Shown: positions 9,638 to 18,960 of the stretch, piece after piece
How positions within the stretch are numbered: position 1 is the first letter of the stretch
Layout of the letters: every line of letters starts with the position of its first letter
Assembly: GCA_036479435.1 (NCBI GenBank)
Contig: JAZGFI010000103.1
Span: forward strand, 64,001 to 128,000
Origin: Planctomycetota bacterium
Lineage (GTDB): Bacteria > Planctomycetota > GCA-002687715 > DRQF01
Direction: 5' to 3'
Length of the DNA stretch: 64,000 nt
Position numbers and translations under genes: made by a program
The notes under the pieces: model-generated
The model's input: the letters and a program-made list of their open reading frames with translations, nothing else
What the model was told of the DNA's origin: nothing
The model's database searches: none

Positions 9638-10987
9638 TTGAAAGTCCTCATCGCAGACGACGAGAAGAGCATCGTGATGACCCTCGAGGATGACCTCGAG
9701 GAGGCGGGTTACGAAGTTTTATCCTGCCCCGATGGTTTACGTGCGCTCGACCTGATCAAGCGCGAGTCGGTGGACTGTCTCATCTCCGACCTCAACATGC
9801 CGGGCCTAAACGGCATGGACTTGCTCGCCGAAGCCAAAAAGATCTCGCCGAACCTTCAAGTGATTGTCATCACGGGGTACGCCACGATCGAAAGCGCGGT
9901 CAAGGCCATCAAGTTGGGCGCGGCGGACTACATCCAAAAGCCCTTTTTGAACGAACAGATCCTCGCGATGCTCGCGAAGATGAAAAAGATCGTCCGTCTT
10001 GAACGCGAGAACGCCGTTTTACGAGAACAGCTGGACGACGTTCATGCGGTCGGCAATATCGTCGGCAAAAGCAAGGCGATGCAAGACGTCATCCGCACGG
10101 TGAAGACCGTCGCGAAAACGGACTCCAACATCTTGATTGTCGGTGAAACGGGCACCGGAAAGGAAGTCATCGCCCGGGCGATTCACAACCTGAGCATGCG
10201 AAAAGGGAAGCTCATGGTCGCCCTGTCCTGTGCGGCTATTCCCTCAAACCTTTTGGAAGACGAGTTGTTCGGTCACGAAAAGGGTGCGTTTACCGATGCT
10301 CGTGACCGCAAAATCGGACGATTTGAACGCGCTGACGGGGGATCATTCTTCCTCGATGATATCGATGACATGCCGCTCGAGACTCAGGTCAAGCTGCTGA
10401 GGATTCTTCAGGAACGGGAATTTGAACGCCTTGGCGGCGAGGAGACGATCAAGGTTGATGTCCGGGTTGTCGCGGCGAGCAAGGTCGATCTTCGCGAGCT
10501 CGTAAGAGCGGGCAAGTTCCGCGAGGATTTGTTCTATCGCCTCAATGTCGTGCCGGTCTTGCTACCGCCGCTTCGAGATCGCGATGGCGATGTGCCCTTG
10601 TTGGCGTCTTATTTCATGAAGAAATTCTCGACCGAACGGGAATACGAGATCAAGCCCGAAGTGATGGCGGCGATGGAAGCCTATTATTGGCCGGGCAATG
10701 TCCGCGAACTCGAGCATGCGATTGAACGCGCCATCGCTTTTGCAGGAAGCGGACATGTGCTCAAAAAAGAGCACCTCGTCGAATCGTCTCCGGTCCACAA
10801 AAAGGCACTCGCCGTGCCGACCCACTTAACAACCTTGCGAGAGTTCGTCGAGGAAGCCGAGATGCAGCACATTCGCAACATCCTCAAGACGACCAACGGC
10901 CACAAGGCCCAGGCGGCAGGAGTTCTCGGCATCAGCCGCAAGAACTTGTGGGAAAAGATGCGGCACTATGACATCGAGCAGGACTAA
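9638..10987 (+). CDS. Sigma54-dependent response regulator (NtrC/AtoC family: REC-AAA+-HTH)
   Basis: REC with phospho-Asp ('ISDLNMPG'), Walker A GETGTGKE, GAFTDA loop, 'FREDLFYRLNV', 'WPGNVREL', Fis-type HTH. Confidence 0.93.
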   Translation: MKVLIADDEKSIVMTLEDDLEEAGYEVLSCPDGLRALDLIKRESVDCLISDLNMPGLNGMDLLAEAKKISPNLQVIVITGYATIESAVKAIKLGAADYIQKPFLNEQILAMLAKMKKIVRLERENAVLREQLDDVHAVGNIVGKSKAMQDVIRTVKTVAKTDSNILIVGETGTGKEVIARAIHNLSMRKGKLMVALSCAAIPSNLLEDELFGHEKGAFTDARDRKIGRFERADGGSFFLDDIDDMPLETQVKLLRILQEREFERLGGEETIKVDVRVVAASKVDLRELVRAGKFREDLFYRLNVVPVLLPPLRDRDGDVPLLASYFMKKFSTEREYEIKPEVMAAMEAYYWPGNVRELEHAIERAIAFAGSGHVLKKEHLVESSPVHKKALAVPTHLTTLREFVEEAEMQHIRNILKTTNGHKAQAAGVLGISRKNLWEKMRHYDIEQD

Positions 10988-11005
10988 GCGACGTCCACGG
11001 TCAAG

Positions 11006-11773
11006 ATGACGATGACGCGGGCTCATGATGCCAAGACCACCGTTTGGTTTGTGTCCGATGTGCACCTGGCTCTGGGCGATCAAGCCTATTTGGAACAGTT
11101 CTTGGCATTCCTCGCCGCAGCTCAGCAACAAGCCCAGCAACTCTACATTGTCGGCGATCTATTTGAGTTTTGGATTGGCGATCGCCAGGCCGACATCGAG
11201 TTCTACACGCCCTTGTTCGAGCGCTTTCGCGAACTTGTAGAGAAGGGCACCCACATCGGCGTCATTCACGGTAATCGCGACTTTTTGATGGGCTCTGCCT
11301 TCACCGACGTGGGCTGCGAGTTGCTCCCGGACGAAATCACTTTGCAGCTGGAAGGGCTGGGCGTGCACCTGTCTCACGGCGACCAATTTTGTATTCACGA
11401 TCACTCTTACTTGCGGGCTCGCGTCATCATGCGATCAAAGCCGATCCGTTGGCTGGCGGCGCTCTTGCCGGGAGCGGTGGGGCACGGCTTGGCTCGCTGC
11501 TATCGCGGCATCAGCGAACGGAAGAAGCAAAAGAAACTGCAAGCCACAGGCAACCGCTTCCACACCGTCAAAGACGGAATCGAGGCCGAGCTGGCTCGCT
11601 CGGATCACGACCTAATTTTGTGCGGACACATCCACTACTACGCCGACCAAACCCTCAGGGTCGGCGGCCGGGATCGCCGAGTTCTGACGACCGGGGCCTG
11701 GGAAGAGAGCCCCAACTACGTCGCCTGGACCGACGGAAAAATTGGCTTGCATCGTTTCGTGGCGGGGAGCTGA
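11006..11773 (+). CDS. lpxH: UDP-2,3-diacylglucosamine hydrolase
   Basis: Metallophosphoesterase motifs SDVHL, GDLFEFWIGD, GNRDF, HGD, GHIH. Confidence 0.85.
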   Translation: MTMTRAHDAKTTVWFVSDVHLALGDQAYLEQFLAFLAAAQQQAQQLYIVGDLFEFWIGDRQADIEFYTPLFERFRELVEKGTHIGVIHGNRDFLMGSAFTDVGCELLPDEITLQLEGLGVHLSHGDQFCIHDHSYLRARVIMRSKPIRWLAALLPGAVGHGLARCYRGISERKKQKKLQATGNRFHTVKDGIEAELARSDHDLILCGHIHYYADQTLRVGGRDRRVLTTGAWEESPNYVAWTDGKIGLHRFVAGS

Positions 11774-11949
11774 TCGGCTTGGCGTCGCAACTCGCTGAAA
11801 CCATGGATTGCAGGCGACTCGAGAATTTCGACCCCCTAACTTGCCTAAATGCTTGCTTTTCCTAACTTTCCCTTCGTTTTTCCTTCGTCTCACCTCCGTA
11901 TCGCGTTGTGTCACGAAACGACTCAAGTCCATGGTGGGCCAAGTTTTAG

Positions 11950-12615
11950 ATGCTCTCCATCGTGACCATCGACGGACCGGCCGGAGCGGGCAAGAGCAGC
12001 GTTGCGAGGCAATTGGCCGAACGATTGGGCTTTCGCTTTCTCGATACGGGTGCGATGTACCGCGCCGTGACCTGGGCGGCACTGGATTCCGGGGCCGACT
12101 TGGACGACGAAAAGGCCCTCGCGCGCCTGGCTGAAGGGCTTAAGCTCGACTTTGGGCCGGAAGGCGAAGTGTTGGTCGCAGACCGAGATCTCGCCCGCGA
12201 GATTCGGAGCGCTGAGGTGACGGCCTCGGTGTCAAAAGTGGCCGCCGCGGGCGGGGTACGGAAGGCCATGAGTTCGGCCCAGCGCGAGATCGGCGAGCGG
12301 GGTGAATTGGTTTGTGAAGGGCGCGACATGGGGACTTTTGTGTTTCCCGACGCGGCCGTTCGTTTTTATCTCGACGCGAGCGCAGAGGTTCGCGCCGAAC
12401 GACGTTACAAAGAGTTCCTTGAAGCTGGCCGTGGTGTCGAATTCAAAGAGCTGCTCGAAGAGATCCGCGAGCGCGACCGGGCGGATTCAGAGCGCAAAGT
12501 TGCCCCGCTGATGCGGATCGACGAACAGATCTACGTCGATTCGAGCGCGATGTCGCGCGACGACGTGATCGACACCTTGGAGCGATTGGCCCGAACGGGA
12601 CTTTTGCTCGACTAA
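11950..12615 (+). CDS. cmk: Cytidylate kinase
   Basis: 'IDGPAGAGKS', 'LDTGAMYRA', 'EGRDMGT.VFPDA'; directly upstream of rpsA. Confidence 0.97.
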   Translation: MLSIVTIDGPAGAGKSSVARQLAERLGFRFLDTGAMYRAVTWAALDSGADLDDEKALARLAEGLKLDFGPEGEVLVADRDLAREIRSAEVTASVSKVAAAGGVRKAMSSAQREIGERGELVCEGRDMGTFVFPDAAVRFYLDASAEVRAERRYKEFLEAGRGVEFKELLEEIRERDRADSERKVAPLMRIDEQIYVDSSAMSRDDVIDTLERLARTGLLLD

Positions 12616-12821
12616 GAAGATGAAGCTGGCTATAGGTGGCCAGTTCGAAGAAAACAAAGCTGGGCTCGGTCAATGAGACAGCTCGAAAAATGAAACCAGG
12701 AGGCGCGGCAGGCCTCCAACTCGGTCAGCCATCGAAAAGACGGCGCGGGTCAGCAAAACCCTGATGAATCGGGGTCGCCCTTCGTCCGATGCCGGGACTG
12801 AGGCGACACCAACTGGACACT

Positions 12822-14735
12822 ATGCAACCACCTTCTGACCTCAAAAAATACGCCCCTTCCGCCGAAGAACTCGAGAAACTGCTCAACGAGTACACGGCAG
12901 GTGAGCCGATCGAGTACGAATCGACAGTCAGCGAATTCAAACCTGAAACGGTTTTGAAAGGCAAAGTCGTCGGCCATATGAGCGACGACATCATCATTGA
13001 CATCGGTTACAAGTGCGAAGGCGTTATTGACATCTCGGAATTCGGAGACACGGCTCCTGCCATCGGGGATGTCGTGGAAGTCTTCCTCGAAGAAGTCGAA
13101 GACTCCGAAGGCAACGTTGTCCTCTCGAAGAAAAAAGCCGACCGTATTCGCGGTTGGGAACGCGTCATTGCCGAACACTCCGAAGGCGATGTCGTTCGCG
13201 GCACCGTGACGCGCAAGATCAAGGGTGGACTCTTGGTCGATATTGGCTTTCTGGTCTTTTTGCCCGCGTCGCAGGTCAGCATTCGCCGCACGGCGGATGT
13301 CTCCAGCTACATCGGCAAGGATGTCGACGCTCGCATCATCAAGATCGACGAAAGTCGCATGAACATCGTGATTTCGCGGCGTAAGCTCCTCGAAGAGGGA
13401 CGCGACGCGCAGAAGGCCGATCTGCTTTCCACGCTCACCGAAACGCAGTTGCGAATCGGCGTGGTCAAGAACATTGCCGACTTTGGTGCCTTCGTGGACC
13501 TTGGCGGTATCGACGGTCTGCTTCACATCACGGATATGAGTTGGGGTCGCATCACGCACCCCTCCGAGATGCTTCAGATCGACGACGAAGTCGAAGTCAA
13601 AATCCTCAAGTTCGACCAGGTCTCCGAACGCATTGCCTTGGGTCTTAAGCAAAAGACCGAGAGCCCCTGGAAGAAGATCGAAGAACGCTACCAGCCGAGC
13701 ATGAAGACTCGCGGCGAAGTCGTGAACGTCATGTCCTATGGTGCCTTCGTGAAACTCGAAGAGGGTGTCGAAGGTTTGGTTCACATCTCGGAAATGAGTT
13801 GGACGCGTCGTGTCAACCATCCGAGCGAGATCGTCAACATTGGCGATATCGTCGATGTGGTCGTCCTCAACGTGAACGCTTCGAAGAACGAGATCAGCCT
13901 CGGAATGAAGCAGATCGAGGCCAACCCTTGGACCCAGGTCCAAGAGAAATACCCGGTCGGTACCATCATTCGTGGTCGTGTTCGCAACCTCACCAACTAC
14001 GGTGCCTTCGTCGAAATCGAAGAAGGAATCGACGGCCTGTTGCATATCAGCGACATGAGCTGGACCAAAAAGATCAGTCACCCCTCCGAAATGGTGAAAA
14101 AGGGTGACGAAGTCGAAGCCATCGTCTTGTCTGTGGACCAGGAAAAGAAGCGAGTTGCTCTCGGCTTGAAGCAACTCAACGAAGATCCCTGGGAAGCCGA
14201 CATTCCGAGCCGCTTCCGCGTCGGCGAAGAGCTCGACGGCGAAGTTACGAAGATCACCAACTTCGGCGTCTTCGTTCAGATCGGTTCTAACCTCGAAGGC
14301 CTGATGCATATCTCCGAGCTCAGCGAAGCTAAAGTTGATGATCCCGAAGAGATCGTCGGCGTCGGTGACAAAGTCAAGGTGCGCATCATTAAGGTGAACA
14401 CCGAAGAACGAAAAATCGGGCTCAGCCTGATGGAAGTCACCGAAAAGGGCACCGGAACTGCCAGCACGGAATCCAGCAGCTCCGACGAGGGAGAGGCGGC
14501 TGCCGCAGCTCCGACCGAAGCTGCTTCTGAACCGGCGGCCGAGGCATCGACCGAAGCTGCTTCTGACACGGCGACCGAAGTTTCTTCTGAGGCTCCGGCT
14601 GATGAGGCTGCGACCGAGGTAGCAGCACCAGCGGCAGAGGCTGAAGCGGCACCTGCCGCCGAGGAAGCTCCGGCTGAGGCTGCGGCTCCTGAGGCAGCGG
14701 CCGACGAAGAGCCCAAAAAGGGCGACGAGGGCTAA
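12822..14735 (+). CDS. rpsA: 30S ribosomal protein S1 with an Ala/Glu-rich C-terminal tail (alternative start 12789)
   Basis: Six S1 repeats ('FGAFVDLGGIDGLLHITDMSW', 'YGAFV..EEG..GL.HIS'); cmk-rpsA synteny. Confidence 0.97.
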   Translation: MQPPSDLKKYAPSAEELEKLLNEYTAGEPIEYESTVSEFKPETVLKGKVVGHMSDDIIIDIGYKCEGVIDISEFGDTAPAIGDVVEVFLEEVEDSEGNVVLSKKKADRIRGWERVIAEHSEGDVVRGTVTRKIKGGLLVDIGFLVFLPASQVSIRRTADVSSYIGKDVDARIIKIDESRMNIVISRRKLLEEGRDAQKADLLSTLTETQLRIGVVKNIADFGAFVDLGGIDGLLHITDMSWGRITHPSEMLQIDDEVEVKILKFDQVSERIALGLKQKTESPWKKIEERYQPSMKTRGEVVNVMSYGAFVKLEEGVEGLVHISEMSWTRRVNHPSEIVNIGDIVDVVVLNVNASKNEISLGMKQIEANPWTQVQEKYPVGTIIRGRVRNLTNYGAFVEIEEGIDGLLHISDMSWTKKISHPSEMVKKGDEVEAIVLSVDQEKKRVALGLKQLNEDPWEADIPSRFRVGEELDGEVTKITNFGVFVQIGSNLEGLMHISELSEAKVDDPEEIVGVGDKVKVRIIKVNTEERKIGLSLMEVTEKGTGTASTESSSSDEGEAAAAAPTEAASEPAAEASTEAASDTATEVSSEAPADEAATEVAAPAAEAEAAPAAEEAPAEAAAPEAAADEEPKKGDEG

Positions 14736-14810
14736 GCCTTCCTCGCAGGCTAAGGGCTCTGCGCCAAGACGGTTTGATCCGGTCGAGCGCGAAGCACGAT
14801 GATTGTGTTG

Positions 14811-14841
14811 AACGAGGGGCCACCATGGCCCCTCGTTTATT
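14811..14841 (+). terminator. Probable intrinsic terminator after rpsA
   Basis: Perfect 12-bp stem aacgaggggcca/tggcccctcgtt followed by tatt. Confidence 0.7.
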
Positions 14842-14881
14842 GGTGGTTTGTGACTCCGTTTGAGGCGCTATGATCCAGCCC

Positions 14882-15937
14882 ATGCTCGTCCCTCTAAACA
14901 GACTTCTTCGTGGCCTTTCGCTGGCCATGCTGGCCCTATCATTGATGGCTTGTGGCACCGTGGAAGCCGAAGTCGAAGGTGCCGGTGAGAACCCCGAAGA
15001 AGTACTCAGCGACGAAGAGCTGCAAGCGGCGGTTGAAGAGAGTGACCGCATCAATCGGCGTCGCTACGAGGAAATCGAAGCGATCATCGCGGAGGGCGAC
15101 CTCAAAGGGGCGATCGCCATGATTGACGAAATGTCGGTGGAAGAGGGGCTCGACCCCAAATGGCGCAGTCGCTTTCAGGTCCTAAAGATTCGCGCGAAGC
15201 GTGACCTGGCCCAAACGAAACTCCTGAGAGGCATCATTCGCCTGAATCGTTACCGTTTTGCGATCGGCGACATTATTAAGGGAGAAGTGGTGCTGGAGAA
15301 CATTTCCGGCCGTGAAGTGTTCATCCCCGCGACGTCGGAGGTCCAATCCGGTGACGGACGCGGGGCCTTAGCCACGGGGACGTTCTTCCACCGCAAAGTC
15401 ACTTATCACGAGTTTGTGCCCTCGAATACCGTCATCATGGAGACGGATACCGCCAATATCCGGGTTGACGAAGATATCCGTTTAGCCCCTGGCGAAAGTT
15501 TTCGGATACCGATTGAACTCGACACGGGCATGCGCAACAAGGGTGGCCGGATGCTCCGCAGCTATGTTTTTGACTGCACCCTCCATCCGGCCGAGATCAT
15601 GGTCGGTGATGAGATGTTTAACGTCAGTCTTCCGTTTCGAAGCGCTGAAGCTCGCGTCTATCCCCTGAACGCCGAGCACTTGGCGATCGAGCCGCTCGAC
15701 AAGGTCAAGGAGTCGTTTCGAAGACGAACGCCGACCCACCTTCACTTGGCCGCGTCTTTGGTGGGTGTCGACGAGATGGAAAACCTCTATGGGTTTTTCT
15801 ACCTGAAGCTTCGTGACCCCAAAACCCCTGACTACATGGAACTCGCCATCATGACTTGCCTGAGAATTTGCTCGGGCGATTCGGGCCCTGAGAACAAGGA
15901 AAGTTGGCTTGCGTGGCTGAGGAAAAGAGGACTTTAG
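14882..15937 (+). CDS. Hypothetical lipoprotein (alternative start 14870)
   Basis: Signal peptide ending in lipobox LMAC; TATGAT 7 nt before ATG 14882. Confidence 0.7.
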   Translation: MLVPLNRLLRGLSLAMLALSLMACGTVEAEVEGAGENPEEVLSDEELQAAVEESDRINRRRYEEIEAIIAEGDLKGAIAMIDEMSVEEGLDPKWRSRFQVLKIRAKRDLAQTKLLRGIIRLNRYRFAIGDIIKGEVVLENISGREVFIPATSEVQSGDGRGALATGTFFHRKVTYHEFVPSNTVIMETDTANIRVDEDIRLAPGESFRIPIELDTGMRNKGGRMLRSYVFDCTLHPAEIMVGDEMFNVSLPFRSAEARVYPLNAEHLAIEPLDKVKESFRRRTPTHLHLAASLVGVDEMENLYGFFYLKLRDPKTPDYMELAIMTCLRICSGDSGPENKESWLAWLRKRGL

Positions 15938-17172
15938 AAGAAGAATTCAAGCCGGACATCCTCAAAGAGGTTGATCGGCAGGTTCTTGAGCTATCTCGGG
16001 CCACCGCGCAGGTCGTCCCGGAGAACGCGCTCAGAAGACGGCTTGCCGTCTCTCTGCGCGATAACCTGCCGCTGCGAGTGAAGCTCGGCGTCGATCCGAC
16101 GGCCCACGACCTGCACTTAGGTTTCACGGTTCCGCTGAACAAACTCAGGTTGTTCTCGGATTTCGGCCACACTCCCGTATTGATCATCGGCGACGCCACC
16201 GCGATGGTGGGCGACCCTTCGGGACGCAACAAAGCGCGGCCGACTTTGACGCGCGAACTCGTAGATGACTTTGCGAGTTCCTACCTCGATCAGGCTGCCA
16301 AAGTACTGGACATGAGCCGGGTCGAAGTGCGCCGCAATAGCGAGTGGTTACACAAGCTCGGATTCGTCGGGTTCATTCAGCTTGCGGCCCAAGCTACCGT
16401 TGCCCAGATCCTCGTCCGCGAGGATTTCGACAAACGCTTCAAGGAGAACGCCCCCATCTACTTGCACGAGCTGATTTACCCTTTGATGCAAGGCCACGAC
16501 TCCGTCGTCGTGAAGGCAGACGTTGAGTTGGGCGGACAGGATCAGCTTTTCAACTTGCTCGTCGGAAGAGACCTTCAGCAAGCCGATGGCCAAGAGCCGC
16601 AGATCTGCATGATGGGGCACTTGCTCGTGGGTCTCGACGGCAGCCGAAAGATGTCGAAGTCATTCGACAACTACATTGGTGTCACGGATGAAGCGAAAGA
16701 CATGTTCGGCAAGATCATGAGTCTCCCGGACGAAGTGATGCGCGAGTGGTTTGAGTACGCCACCAAGATGCCGTTGCCGGAAATTACAAGTCTGTTCGCA
16801 TCCAATCCGCATCCTCGAGAGTTGAAGGACCGGCTGGCTCGGAGGATCGTCGAGCGCTACCACGACGCGGCTGCCGCGGATGCCGGAGCTGAGCACTTTC
16901 GTCGGGTCTTCAGCAACAAGGAACTGCCCGAAGACTTGCCGGCCATCGAGATTGCGAAATCCGAGCTGGACGACGGTAAAATCTGGATCGCCAAGCTGTT
17001 AGTTCTGGCGGGATTCGCCAAGAGCAACGGTGAGGCCTCACGCTTAGTAAAGCAGGGCGGCGTCAAGATTAACCGTGAGTCTGCGACTGACCCTAAAGCG
17101 GCCATAGGAATCTCCGGTGGGGAAATCCTGCAAGTAGGCAAAAAGCGCTTCGGGCAGATATCCCTGCTATGA
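15904..17172 (+). CDS. tyrS: Tyrosine--tRNA ligase (start uncertain)
   Basis: 'GVDPTAHDLHLG', 'GDPSGR', 'YPLMQGHDS', 'GGQDQ.FN', KMSKS, C-terminal S4-like domain. Confidence 0.96.
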   Translation: MACVAEEKRTLEEEFKPDILKEVDRQVLELSRATAQVVPENALRRRLAVSLRDNLPLRVKLGVDPTAHDLHLGFTVPLNKLRLFSDFGHTPVLIIGDATAMVGDPSGRNKARPTLTRELVDDFASSYLDQAAKVLDMSRVEVRRNSEWLHKLGFVGFIQLAAQATVAQILVREDFDKRFKENAPIYLHELIYPLMQGHDSVVVKADVELGGQDQLFNLLVGRDLQQADGQEPQICMMGHLLVGLDGSRKMSKSFDNYIGVTDEAKDMFGKIMSLPDEVMREWFEYATKMPLPEITSLFASNPHPRELKDRLARRIVERYHDAAAADAGAEHFRRVFSNKELPEDLPAIEIAKSELDDGKIWIAKLLVLAGFAKSNGEASRLVKQGGVKINRESATDPKAAIGISGGEILQVGKKRFGQISLL

Positions 17173-17227
17173 TGCGTTTAGCCGTAACATTCATCAATCG
17201 ATGCCATTTTGACGCGAAGGAATCGCA

Positions 17228-18748
17228 ATGATCGCGAACACCCTGAAAATTCTGCAAGGTTCTTTGACGCTCTCGTTGACGATTGGGTTTTTGCTGGGGG
17301 CGATGGGCGCGCCATCGTTGCTTGCCGACGAGATAAAGCTCAAATCCGGTGAGACCTTTTCGAATGTGAAGATTCTGAAGCAAACGGAAACGACGCTGCG
17401 CGTTCGCTTTTCGAGTGGGAAAAAGCGAACGCTCAAACTCGTCGATGTCGAATCGCAGGTCGTGAAACCGACAACCGCGGATCAGTTTGCCATCAAGGCC
17501 AAGGCTCTCGGCCGAAAAGATAAGGCGGGGATGATTGCGCTGGCCAAATGGGGTCTTGAGAACGATGCAAGGCCTGAAGCTCGTAAGTTGCTGAGCAAGC
17601 TGCTCAAAAAGAACAAAAAGGATGCGGAGATTCGCACCTTGTTGGGGCATGAGCAGGGTGAAGACGGCAAATGGCGCTACGGCAAAGCGCTCAAAAAGTA
17701 CCAGACGAATCTCAAAGGCGAACAGCTGAAGGCTCAGGGCTGGGTGAAGATCAAAGGCGAATGGGTAACGCCCTTCATCGCACGGCGCCTGAAAGCGAAG
17801 CTCGTCGAACACGAGGGTCGATGGATCAAGCGCGAGACCCTTAAGAAACTCGAAGCCGGCAAGATCTTCGTCGAGGGTACTTGGTACGAAAAAACCGACC
17901 GGGCGCAGCTCGACGAGGGAATGCGCCGTGAGGACGGCAAGTGGTTAGCGATTAGCGAACTGAATGCCAGCCATCGCGTCGAAGGCAATCCCTGGGAACT
18001 CGAGATGGATCACTACTTCGTGAGTGGCCGCATCAGTCATAAAAATCTCACGAGGGTTGCCAAGCATCTCGAGGCGAGTTGGCAGCCGTTGATGGACTTG
18101 TTCGGTGACGGACCCTTGGCCGCCGACCGCGGATCAAAAATCAACGTTTTCATTGCTAAGAGCCAAGACGAGGCCGCCAGCATTTGCAACGACAAAAACC
18201 CAGACAAACGCCAGGACGTTTACAACGAACGCACCGGCGGGGTGGCCTTTGCGGACGGCGGCGCGATCACCTATTGGCACAGCTTGGCCTATGCCGTCCG
18301 TTGGTCGCAACACGCCGCGGCTCAGGACTATCTGAACCGAGTCTTTGGCTATGCCCGGCTCAAATCACCGGCCTACGAAATGGTGGGCGCCTACTTTGAG
18401 TCCTTCGTCAATGGCAAGTACCGGCCGGATGGTGACGTTGGCACGCGAATTGGTGAGTGGAAAAAGGCCTCTTTGAAGTCTGCGCTCTACGACTTTGACA
18501 TCTTAGTGGCACCGGCCAGCGTCACCGCAGGCGAAGATGCTTGGGCGAAACTTGGTTTTGCCATGCACTATTTGGTCGAGAAGCATCCAGAAATCACGAA
18601 GGCCTGGTTGCGCAGCTGGGCCCACGGAAACGCCGAAGTTCGCGACTTGTTGGCTCAGATCAACGAGAAGATGAAGGACGAAGCCGATAGGGATTTGCAG
18701 CGCTTTGCGAAAGGCTTCTCCAAGAATTGGAAAGCGCCTCGTTTTTGA
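17228..18748 (+). CDS. Secreted hypothetical protein with G-x-W hairpin repeats and a degenerate zincin-like C-terminal domain
   Basis: Signal peptide; five 'G.V...G.W'-like units; 'HAAAQ' where HExxH would be expected. Confidence 0.7.
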   Translation: MIANTLKILQGSLTLSLTIGFLLGAMGAPSLLADEIKLKSGETFSNVKILKQTETTLRVRFSSGKKRTLKLVDVESQVVKPTTADQFAIKAKALGRKDKAGMIALAKWGLENDARPEARKLLSKLLKKNKKDAEIRTLLGHEQGEDGKWRYGKALKKYQTNLKGEQLKAQGWVKIKGEWVTPFIARRLKAKLVEHEGRWIKRETLKKLEAGKIFVEGTWYEKTDRAQLDEGMRREDGKWLAISELNASHRVEGNPWELEMDHYFVSGRISHKNLTRVAKHLEASWQPLMDLFGDGPLAADRGSKINVFIAKSQDEAASICNDKNPDKRQDVYNERTGGVAFADGGAITYWHSLAYAVRWSQHAAAQDYLNRVFGYARLKSPAYEMVGAYFESFVNGKYRPDGDVGTRIGEWKKASLKSALYDFDILVAPASVTAGEDAWAKLGFAMHYLVEKHPEITKAWLRSWAHGNAEVRDLLAQINEKMKDEADRDLQRFAKGFSKNWKAPRF

Positions 18749-18960
18749 TTTCAGCGAAAATTGACATCCACTGAGCGCGTAAAAGGCCATTCTAAAAAGA
18801 GTGCCTTGACGACCAATCCGTCCCTTGTCACAAGGATGCGTCCGCGAGTGCCGATAAGTTCGGCGGAAGTCGTCAGAAGCCTCGCGATACTCGTTCTGCT
18901 TTGGTTTTGCGCTGCTTTTTACACATAACAAACATTATCGGACCCTAAGAGTTCCGCTCC

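Noticed and set aside
12761..12795. CTGATGA followed by a stem, resembling a hammerhead ribozyme core
   Set aside because: No GAAA after the putative stem II and no compatible stems I and III.
12750..14309. 519-aa antisense ORF over rpsA
   Set aside because: Shadow ORF produced by strong codon bias of a highly expressed gene; no independent motifs or RBS.
18830..18857. GCCGATAA upstream of gdhA as a sigma28 promoter
   Set aside because: The -10 is perfect but the -35 (ACAAG) is off-consensus and one base off in spacing; too weak to call.
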